Part shown: positions 56,905 through 64,000 of the stretch, in pieces
Layout of the letters: every line of letters begins with the position of its first letter
Numbering within the stretch: the first letter of the stretch is position 1
Source of the DNA: Thermoplasmata archaeon
Lineage (GTDB): Archaea; Thermoplasmatota; Thermoplasmata; Lutacidiplasmatales; UBA184
Direction: 5' to 3'
Length of the DNA: 64,000 nt
Assembly (NCBI GenBank): GCA_035499455.1
Contig: DATJYS010000005.1
Location: 551,348-615,347, forward strand
Made by a program: the position numbers and the translations under genes
Notes under the pieces: generated by a model
What the model saw: only the letters and a program-made list of their open reading frames with translations
Databases searched by the model: none
What the model was told of the DNA's origin: nothing

Positions 56905-58116
56905 ATGGCGGCCAACACCCCTCCCCCGGGAGAACTCGACCCGGCGTCGTCCGCGCCCTTCGGAGGGAGTCCGCCGGGCACGACATCCCCGGGCGCCGGC
57001 GCTCGCCGAAAGTCCGGCCGAAAGGCCATGTCGACGATGACGATTGTCGGGATCGTGGCGGTCATCGCCATCCTCGTCGGGAGCGCGACCGCGTACGAAC
57101 TTTTGACCAGCAAGGCCCCCGGCAACCCCTGCGCCGCCTTCACGCCCCAGCAGCTCGGCGCGGACCCCACGGCGGGTCAAGTCTCGGGCAACACGACCCC
57201 GAACTACGCGATCGCGACCACCCTCACGAACGGGCCCCTCCAAACGGTGCCCAATGGCACAACGATCCAAGTGGTCGCGGGGGAGAACTTCTGGGGGAGT
57301 CTCATCAGTCAGCTGGGCGGGAACCTGACGACGGTGCTCAGCATTGTGAGCGACCCGAACGCCGACCCGCATGACTACGAGGCGAACCCCGCGGATGCGG
57401 CCGCGATTGCCCACGCGAATCTCGTGGTCGTCAACGGGGTCGGCTATGACGATTGGGCGCTCCAGCTGATCTCGTCGTCGGACAGTGCGGGGCAGGAAGT
57501 ATTGAACGTCGGCCACCTGAACGGCGTCTATGTCACGGGTGGAATCGTCACGGGCAATGAACACCAGTGGTACAACCCGCTCTACGTGAACCACACGCTG
57601 CTGGCGATGTACTACGATCTCGTCGCCCTCCAACCGGAGTCGAAGGCGATTTTCCAGCACAACTTCGCCAACCTCAACACCTCCGCGGGCGCCGGTGGAG
57701 GGGTCTCGATCGACCAGCTCTACGCCCGCGCCCACCAGATCAAAGAGGAGTTCGCCGGCACGGCCGTGGTCTCCACCGAGAGCATCTTCGTCTACCTTGC
57801 CAACTACACCGGACTCGACCTGATTTCTCCCCCGGAGTTCATGGAGGCGATCGCGGAAGGGAACGATCCGCCCGCGGCCAGCGTTGCGTTGTTCGAGTGT
57901 CAGATCGAGGGCGGGTACGTGCATGTGCTCGTGTACAACATCCAGACGGTGACCCCGATCACGACCATCCTCGAGGGGCTCGCGGGAGAGCACAACGTGA
58001 CGAGCACTTACGTGAGCGAGACGATCCAGCCCCCCGACACGAGCTTCCAGGACTGGATGTACGGGGAGTACAACAGCCTCTACAACGCGCTCAACGCGAG
58101 ACAGTTGGGAATGTGA
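56905..58116 (+). CDS. Zn/Mn ABC transporter substrate-binding protein (cluster A-I)
   Basis: ENFWG, DPHDYE, NGVGYD, NEHQWY; N-terminal TM anchor; start may be 57028. Confidence 0.9.
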   Translation: MAANTPPPGELDPASSAPFGGSPPGTTSPGAGARRKSGRKAMSTMTIVGIVAVIAILVGSATAYELLTSKAPGNPCAAFTPQQLGADPTAGQVSGNTTPNYAIATTLTNGPLQTVPNGTTIQVVAGENFWGSLISQLGGNLTTVLSIVSDPNADPHDYEANPADAAAIAHANLVVVNGVGYDDWALQLISSSDSAGQEVLNVGHLNGVYVTGGIVTGNEHQWYNPLYVNHTLLAMYYDLVALQPESKAIFQHNFANLNTSAGAGGGVSIDQLYARAHQIKEEFAGTAVVSTESIFVYLANYTGLDLISPPEFMEAIAEGNDPPAASVALFECQIEGGYVHVLVYNIQTVTPITTILEGLAGEHNVTSTYVSETIQPPDTSFQDWMYGEYNSLYNALNARQLGM

Positions 58117-58122
58117 CCGCGA

Positions 58123-59010
58123 GTGGACGCTGAGTTTCCCCTCCACCCTCCGGTCTACCGATCGCCGGAGGGTGGCCCCGCCGTGGGCGGCCCGACCTCG
58201 ATCAGCGCGGAGCGCGTGGAGGTGCGGTATCGGAACAAGCTCGTATGGAAGGATGCGACGTTCGACATCCGACCCGGCGAGTTCGTCGCGGTCATCGGCC
58301 CGAACGGAGCGGGGAAGACAACGCTCTTCCGGATGCTGCTCGGGCTCCACTGGCCGTCGAGCGGCGCGCTGACGGTCTTCGGCGCCCGCCCCCGCCGCGG
58401 GAACTATCGCATCGGCTATGTCCCGCAACGGCACACGCTCGACAAGGAGACCCACCTCGAGTGCGACAAGCTCGTGCGCCTGGCCTATCCGGGGACCCGG
58501 TGGGGTCCGGGGAAACGCTGGCGGCCCTTGCAGTGGGGTCCCCGATTCAACCTGGCGGCGGAACGCGACGCGGCCGCGCAGGCGCTCGAGGACGTCGGGG
58601 CGCCCGACCTCGGGACCAAAGCGCTGGGCGCGCTCTCCGGCGGAGAGCTTCAGCGGATCTTCCTCGCCGAAGCGTTGGTGGGCAACCCGGACATGCTCCT
58701 GTTGGACGAGCCACTTTCTAACCTGGACCTGCGCCGGAGCCGGGAACTGGTCGAGACGATCCACGGGGTGGTCCGCTCCCGCGGGGTGACGACCCTCCTC
58801 GTCGCGCACGACATCAACCCGATGATCAAGTGTCTGAACAAAGTGATCTACATCGCCAACGGCAAGGTCGCCGTGGGGACCCCGGACGACGTCCTCACCT
58901 CGGCGCGACTGTCGGAACTGTACGGGGTCCCCGTGGAAGTGCTCCACGATTCCCGGGGCAACATCGTGATCGTCGGCGGAGAGGACGATCGCGGCGAGGA
59001 GGGCGCATGA
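58123..59010 (+). CDS. Zn/Mn ABC transporter ATP-binding protein
   Basis: GPNGAGKTT, IGYVPQ, LSGGELQR, LLLDEP, AHD. Confidence 0.93.
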   Translation: MDAEFPLHPPVYRSPEGGPAVGGPTSISAERVEVRYRNKLVWKDATFDIRPGEFVAVIGPNGAGKTTLFRMLLGLHWPSSGALTVFGARPRRGNYRIGYVPQRHTLDKETHLECDKLVRLAYPGTRWGPGKRWRPLQWGPRFNLAAERDAAAQALEDVGAPDLGTKALGALSGGELQRIFLAEALVGNPDMLLLDEPLSNLDLRRSRELVETIHGVVRSRGVTTLLVAHDINPMIKCLNKVIYIANGKVAVGTPDDVLTSARLSELYGVPVEVLHDSRGNIVIVGGEDDRGEEGA

Positions 59011-60497
59011 GCGGCGGGGGATGGAGTGGGATTCCCTGGAGTTGGAACCTGTTCACCGACATTCGGCTCCTCTGGTCGTACGAATTCATGCGCAATGCGA
59101 TCGAGGCCGGGACGATCATCGCGATCCTCGCCGGCATCATCGGCTACTTTGTGGTCCTCCGCCGTTCGGCCTTTGCCAGCCACGCGCTGGGCCATACCGG
59201 ATTCTCGGGGGCTGCGGCCGCGGTCCTCGTGGGGGTCCAGCCGGTGTACGGTCTGCTGATCTTTACGATGGCGACCGGGAGCGGGATGGCCGTCCTGGGA
59301 AACCGAGCGTCGAGTAGAGATGTCGAGATCGGCACGGTGCTCGCCTTCGCCCTGGGACTCGGACTGCTGTTCCTCAGCCTCTACCGCGGGTACGCCCAGG
59401 AGGCGTACTCGATCCTCTTCGGGGAGGTGCTGGGCATCAGCACCGCCCAGGTCGCCTTCACGTTCTGGTCGAGCCTCTTGGTCCTGGCGCTCCTGACGCT
59501 CATCTACCGCCCGCTCCTGTTCTCCTCGCTGGACGAAGATGTCGCGGAGGCGAAGGGAATGCCCCTGTTGCTCCTCAACCTCGCGTTCATGCTCGTCCTC
59601 GCCGTGGCGATCTCCTTTGCCGTCCAGATCATCGGCGTCCTGCTGATCTTTGCGTTGATGGTGACGCCCGCGGCCATCGCCGTGCGGTTGACCTCGCGAT
59701 CCCTCTGGGCCGTGATCGTCTCCGTGTTCGTGGCCGTCACCGCCGTCTGGGCAGGACTGTTCGTCGCGCTGTGGACGAACTACCCGGCGAGCTTCTTCAT
59801 CGTGGGCATCATCTTCGTGGAGTACGTGTGCGTCCGGGGCGTGGGCTCCCTGCGGGAGACGGCCCTCCTGCAGGGGGTCGAAGCCCCCGAAGGCGACGGG
59901 GTGCGATCGCTCCGGAACGCGTCCCTCATCGCCTCGGTCTCCCAGGTCTTGTTCGTCGTTGGGGCCGCCCTACTGACCCTGGCGCTCCTCGCGCATCCGG
60001 GGGGGGCCTGGGACCCCGGTCAGCTCTACGCGCGAGCGTCGTGGGCGATCCTCGCTCTCGCGTCGGCGGGGATCCTCGGAGCGGCCGCCTCCCTCCTGTA
60101 CTTCTCCGGCTTTCGGAAGATGTCCACGGCCTCGCGGGAGTTCATCAACCCGGCGTTCCTCACGCTCGTAGGCCTTCTCGGGATCGCCCTCACCGCCGGG
60201 GGGCTCGGCCTCTTCCTCTCGGGAGTGGCCCTCGCCGCCTCCGCCTACGGGCTCGCTCCCGTGGCCGAGCTGTTCGGCGTTCCGCTGGTCTTCCTGGGGG
60301 CGATTCTTTCCGTGGTCGGCCTCGTCGGCCAGGCCGTGGGAAGCTGGCGGATGGGACTGCGATACCAGGAGCGCGCGCTCCGGACCGGCGCGGTCCTCAT
60401 GGTCCTCCCGCTCGTGGGCTACGGGGTGACGTACCTCGGCTATCGACGGGCGCTCGCGCGCGGTCCGGCCCCCCCGCAGTCGGGCCCGCTCGAGTAG
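59007..60497 (+). CDS. Zn/Mn ABC permease (ZnuB/ABC-3) with extra C-terminal membrane domain (DUF973-like)
   Basis: HALGH, ILFG, YRPLLFSSLDEDVAEAKG, LMVTPAA; then about 200 additional hydrophobic residues in frame. Confidence 0.88.
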   Translation: MSGGGWSGIPWSWNLFTDIRLLWSYEFMRNAIEAGTIIAILAGIIGYFVVLRRSAFASHALGHTGFSGAAAAVLVGVQPVYGLLIFTMATGSGMAVLGNRASSRDVEIGTVLAFALGLGLLFLSLYRGYAQEAYSILFGEVLGISTAQVAFTFWSSLLVLALLTLIYRPLLFSSLDEDVAEAKGMPLLLLNLAFMLVLAVAISFAVQIIGVLLIFALMVTPAAIAVRLTSRSLWAVIVSVFVAVTAVWAGLFVALWTNYPASFFIVGIIFVEYVCVRGVGSLRETALLQGVEAPEGDGVRSLRNASLIASVSQVLFVVGAALLTLALLAHPGGAWDPGQLYARASWAILALASAGILGAAASLLYFSGFRKMSTASREFINPAFLTLVGLLGIALTAGGLGLFLSGVALAASAYGLAPVAELFGVPLVFLGAILSVVGLVGQAVGSWRMGLRYQERALRTGAVLMVLPLVGYGVTYLGYRRALARGPAPPQSGPLE

Positions 60498-60651
60498 CGG
60501 CTCGGACGTGCCCCGGTGCCGCGCCGCGCGGCATGCACGGTCGGAGCCAACCGCGGGTCGAATCGCAGAAGAGCCGTGGGTCGCCTATCGAGAGGGCCCC
60601 CCGGCTCGACCGAAATCGCGGCGGCCCAATGCGGGACGCTCGGGGCCGTGT

Positions 60652-60690
60652 TCGGAGACGAACGTTTCGACGATTCCCTCCCTCGGCTGG
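60652..60690 (+). repeat. att copy 3 (element arm + core)
   Basis: TCGGAGACGAACGTTTCGA-CGATTCCCTCCCTCGGCTGG; core 20/20 identical to the tRNA end; 34/39 identical to copy 2. Confidence 0.9.
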
Positions 60691-60818
60691 TGTTTCTCCC
60701 CGGATTCTGGAGAGCCCACGCCGCAGCGTTCCCGCGGCGGTCCGGGTGCTCCCGCTTCCTCCCCAAAGCTCGCATGGGGGCAGGGCTCCCGGAACCGGGT
60801 GGGAGTCCGGAACGGAGA

Positions 60819-61217
60819 TCAGCCCGCCGTAGAATGAGCTCTCAACTCCAGCACCGCTCCCACGCTCCCGAGTACGACCAGAGTTCCGAGCGTGATGTAG
60901 AGGACCGAGACCCAGAGGGGAAGACCACCTCCTACCTCGAGACTCGGCCGAGCGCTCACGACGATCCGAAGCCCCACGCCCACGACCCCCAACGCCGCGG
61001 CGCCGGCAAACCCCCAGACGCTGCGTCGCCAGCAGAGGACGAGGCACGTCACGATCAGAACGACGATCGGCGCGACCACGACCACCGCGAGGAGCCGAAC
61101 CGGCGGGAGCGTTTCGGCGACGGTGATCGCGAGGGCCGTGATCACGGCCGCTAAGTACAGGCCGAGGAGCACGAACGCCGCACGCATGCGCGAGGAGAGT
61201 GGCTCGACGGGTCCCAT
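60819..61217 (-). CDS. Small four-TM membrane protein
   Basis: Four hydrophobic helices; TATA-like TTAAG upstream. Confidence 0.65.
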   Translation of the reverse strand: MGPVEPLSSRMRAAFVLLGLYLAAVITALAITVAETLPPVRLLAVVVVAPIVVLIVTCLVLCWRRSVWGFAGAAALGVVGVGLRIVVSARPSLEVGGGLPLWVSVLYITLGTLVVLGSVGAVLELRAHSTAG

Positions 61218-61393
61218 GGGCACAGAACCAGCCCACCCACCTGCGTACCTTAACGAGCATCGGTCCGGACGGAGGCCGGGGCGGTCGGTCGTGCCGACGG
61301 TCTTCTGGGGTCGAGGAGGAGCCGGGGGAGCCGCCGGCGCGCCAGTGTCGCGCGGGGCCCCGATGCGAAACTATGGCGGGAGAGGAGTGCGCG

Positions 61394-61801
61394 TCAGACG
61401 CGCTGGCCGAATCTCCACCCCTTCTTGTCGATGACGTCGAAGAGATTGCCGTCGGGGTCGCTCAGTGTGACAAAGTCGTGCGCTTCGTCCGCCGGTCGCT
61501 TCACCGTCGCTCCGATACGGAGGAGGCGCTGGACCTCAGCGTCGGGATCGGACGAGTAGAGGTCCAGGTGGATCCGGTAGTCGTCCAACGGCCCCTCTGT
61601 GGTCCGGGAGAGGGAGAGATTGGGTCCCTGGCCCTCGGGGTCTTTGAGGACGACGCCGTCCGCTTCGGGCGGATCCCGGGGGACGTAGTGAAGCGCCTCC
61701 TGCCAAAAGGCGATCATACGGGGAAGATCGGTGCAGTCCACGACGATCGAGCCGACCCAGATTCGACCGGTCTCCCCCGACGAGGATCGCGCGCTCGACA
61801 T
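61394..61801 (-). CDS. VOC/glyoxalase-like family protein
   Basis: SIVVDCTD...FWQEAL, RIHLDL, LSDPDGNLFDV. Confidence 0.88.
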   Translation of the reverse strand: MSSARSSSGETGRIWVGSIVVDCTDLPRMIAFWQEALHYVPRDPPEADGVVLKDPEGQGPNLSLSRTTEGPLDDYRIHLDLYSSDPDAEVQRLLRIGATVKRPADEAHDFVTLSDPDGNLFDVIDKKGWRFGQRV

Positions 61802-62028
61802 CGCTCCGTCCTGCGAGCGGCCGACACGTGCCACCTAGAAGAGCGCCTCGCAGAGAGGGCCCGAAGGGAAGGGGTCGTGTACCCGCTCGAAGGTTCCGCA
61901 AGAACGCCCGATCTCGTTACTGGAGGCTAGGCGTCGTTCACGGCCGCGAATCCGAAGGAGTCCGTCGTGGCCGATCCGCCCTGGGCCGGCAGCTCTCGGC
62001 GAAGCGTGCTCAGCCATGGGCGGGAGCG

Positions 62029-62404
62029 TCAGATACTCCGTCCCCTCGCATCCAGGGCCACGGCCCTTTGAATGAGTTCACGAACTGCGGGGGGAGCCGG
62101 CGTGGGCGACGCTCGTGATCTTCACGTGGCGCAGGGACTTCCCGGTGCCCTCCACGATGGAGAAGGACCGGGCGAGCTCCGCCCCTCGCCAAAGTCCGAG
62201 ATTGAGGTGGTCCGAATAGACCATCAAGCAGAAGACAAGGTTGCGCCCTCGCCAGTTGGGAGCGTTCCACTTCACGCACTCCTCGAGGTCCGGCGCGAGC
62301 GTATGGATCGCCCGCGGGAGCGCGCGGGCGATTCGTTGCATTTCGGCGGGCATCCCGCCGATGATCGAGTCCACTCCGGAGTCCCTGTTGCCGGAACGCG
62401 ACAC
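62029..62404 (-). pseudogene. DUF1801 (YdhG-like) protein with frameshift near the C-terminus
   Basis: EECVKWNAP, HLNLGLWRGA, EGTGKSLRHVKI. The expected terminal helix PAVRELIQRAVALD lies in another frame after a C6 run (62089-62094). Confidence 0.65.
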
Positions 62405-62527
62405 GGACTCCGAACCGCACCCCCTCACTTCATGCCGGGGAGACGCCGGACTCGAACGCGGCGCGCTGAGATCCACTCGACGAGATCAACCTGAAGACGT
62501 TTTCATGGAAGCGAGCTCGGGTGGGCC

Positions 62528-63574
62528 GTGGCCGAGAGCCAGCCGCCGGACACGGTCATCGATGCCCAGGACCTCCGCATGGTCTACCCGCCCGCCAAGT
62601 CGGGGGGAACCGGAACGGTCGCCGTCGATGGCGTGAGCTTTCAGGTGCACCGGGGCGAGATCTTCGGGCTCCTGGGGCCGAACGGCGCGGGCAAGACGAC
62701 GACGATATCGATCCTGACCACGCTCATCAAGGCGACCGCCGGGCACGCTCGCATCGAGGGGATCGACGTGCTCGAACGTCCCCACGATGTGCGGCGGAAG
62801 ATCGGTCTCGTCTTCCAGAAGTCGACGGCCGACGAGGAGCTCACGGGTCGGGAGAATCTGAGCATCGAAGCCGGACTCTACGGGCTCTCCGGGGCCGGGA
62901 TCGCGTCGCACGCGACCGAGCTGCTGAACCAGATGGACCTCGGCTCGTTCGCGGACCGCCTGGTGAAGACGTACTCCGGGGGGATGCGCCGCCGGCTCGA
63001 GCTCGCCGTCGGGATCGTCCACAATCCCCGCCTGCTCTTCTTGGATGAGCCCACGCTCGGGCTGGACCCGCAGGGCCGCGCGGGGTTCTGGCGGTACATC
63101 CGCTCCCTCCGGGAGGGCAAGGGGCTGACCGTGCTGATGACGACGCACTACCTGGACGAGGCGGACCAGCTCTGCGACCGGATCGCCGTCGTCGACCACG
63201 GCAAGATCATCGCGCTCGGAGCCCCGAAGGAGCTCAAGGAGAGCCTCGGAGGGGACACGCTCGAGCTCTCGGTGGGGGCCGGGGCCGCGGATCCCACGCC
63301 GGTGTTGAAGGCCCTCCCGGGCGTGACGACCGTTGCGCGCAAGGGGGACACCTACCGGGTGAAGTGCTCCAACGGACAGTCGCTCGTCCCCAAGGCGGTG
63401 ATGGCCGCCGCCCAGGCCGGAGTGGACATCACCGGGGCGACCGTGATCACGCCGACGTTGGACGAGGTGTTCCTGGAGCTCACCGGACGCTCCTATCGGG
63501 AAGAGGGAGACGTACCGGATCGGGAGGACGGTTCCGAAAGCGAGCCGGCTCCGGCGACCGGAGGGGCGGCATGA
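62528..63574 (+). CDS. DrrA-type ABC exporter ATP-binding protein
   Basis: GPNGAGKTT, YSGGMRRRL, LFLDEPT, TTHY, PTLDEVFLELTG. Confidence 0.93.
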   Translation: MAESQPPDTVIDAQDLRMVYPPAKSGGTGTVAVDGVSFQVHRGEIFGLLGPNGAGKTTTISILTTLIKATAGHARIEGIDVLERPHDVRRKIGLVFQKSTADEELTGRENLSIEAGLYGLSGAGIASHATELLNQMDLGSFADRLVKTYSGGMRRRLELAVGIVHNPRLLFLDEPTLGLDPQGRAGFWRYIRSLREGKGLTVLMTTHYLDEADQLCDRIAVVDHGKIIALGAPKELKESLGGDTLELSVGAGAADPTPVLKALPGVTTVARKGDTYRVKCSNGQSLVPKAVMAAAQAGVDITGATVITPTLDEVFLELTGRSYREEGDVPDREDGSESEPAPATGGAA

Positions 63575-64000
63575 TGCTGCCCGCCTTCTCCCTCATCCGA
63601 CGCGAGTACCTGCGGTGGATCCGGGCCCCGACCTGGGTGATCTCCGGGCTCATGAGCCCGATCCTGTATCTCCTTCTGTTCGGCCAGGCGTTCGACCTCG
63701 GGAAGCTGCTCCCGGCTGGAACGCCGCCGGGTGTTCTGGCGCAGGTGCTGTCCGGCGCCCCGAACTACTTCTCGTACTTCGCGGTCGGGATGGTGGCGTT
63801 CGCGAGCGTCACCGCGGCGATGTTCTCCGGGACCGGGATCATCTTCGACAAGCAGCTCGGGATCCTCCAGCGCATCCTCTCCACGCCGATCTCGCGCCGC
63901 TCCGTCTTCCTCTCTTCCCTGGTGTTCCGGGGGATGCTGACGCTCATCCCCGCCTTCCTCGTCGTGGGGTTCGCCTTCCTGCTCGTCCACGTGCCGGGGG
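63571..64000 (+). CDS. ABC-2 (DrrB-type) permease, truncated by window end
   Basis: ATGA overlap; RREYLRWIR...PILYLLLFG...NYFSYFAVG...IIFDKQLG. Confidence 0.85.
   Translation, partial: MMLPAFSLIRREYLRWIRAPTWVISGLMSPILYLLLFGQAFDLGKLLPAGTPPGVLAQVLSGAPNYFSYFAVGMVAFASVTAAMFSGTGIIFDKQLGILQRILSTPISRRSVFLSSLVFRGMLTLIPAFLVVGFAFLLVHVPG

Larger units (their letters stand above)
55944..60690. mobile_element. tRNA-Cys-integrated cassette 2 (DtxR-like regulator + Zn/Mn ABC importer), no intact integrase
   Basis: Bounded by att copies 2 and 3. Confidence 0.75.

Noticed and set aside
54282..60690. Three direct repeats considered as a CRISPR array
   Set aside because: Spacing is kilobases, the repeats equal a tRNA end, and there are no cas genes. 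No CRISPR array was seen anywhere in the window.
60691..62500. Possible third cassette (membrane protein, VOC, DUF1801)
   Set aside because: The genes look accessory, but I found no fourth att copy within the window to bound them.
1..64000. Many long overlapping/antisense ORFs in the track (e.g. 506-2578, 8035-9939, 46562-49126, 49813-52671)
   Set aside because: Arg/Gly/Pro-rich or antisense shadows expected at high GC; each overlaps a gene with clear family motifs.

Overview
High-GC archaeal chromosomal segment. It is most likely a Thermoplasmata lineage, inferred from aIF2-beta-TRAM, a DUF6015-like protein, ESGLP surface repeats, the thermosome and the pus10-rpl21e-rpo4-DUF655-rsmA cluster. 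The core carries housekeeping genes (valS, class II lysS, metG, thyX, xerA, dys, thermosome, tRNA-Lys(CTT), tRNA-Cys(GCA)) and a LysW-dependent argG-argH-lysW-lysX-argC-lysZ-lysJ-lysK operon with a divergent ACT-domain regulator. Three metal modules each have a visible operator-like palindrome: NiCoT+NikR, ZIP+HTH-ferritin fusion, and DtxR-like+ABC. Two repeat-rich surface proteins are also present. The strongest unexplained structure is at tRNA-Cys. The 20-bp 3' end of the tRNA recurs at 55924 and 60671, and those two copies share an extra upstream arm that is absent from the tRNA. Together they delimit two tandem, integrase-less cargo cassettes (about 1.6 kb toxin-antitoxin plus orphan; about 4.7 kb self-regulated metal ABC operon). 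All calls come from reading motifs by eye; no database searches were run. Several start codons were re-chosen from the ORF track and are best estimates.
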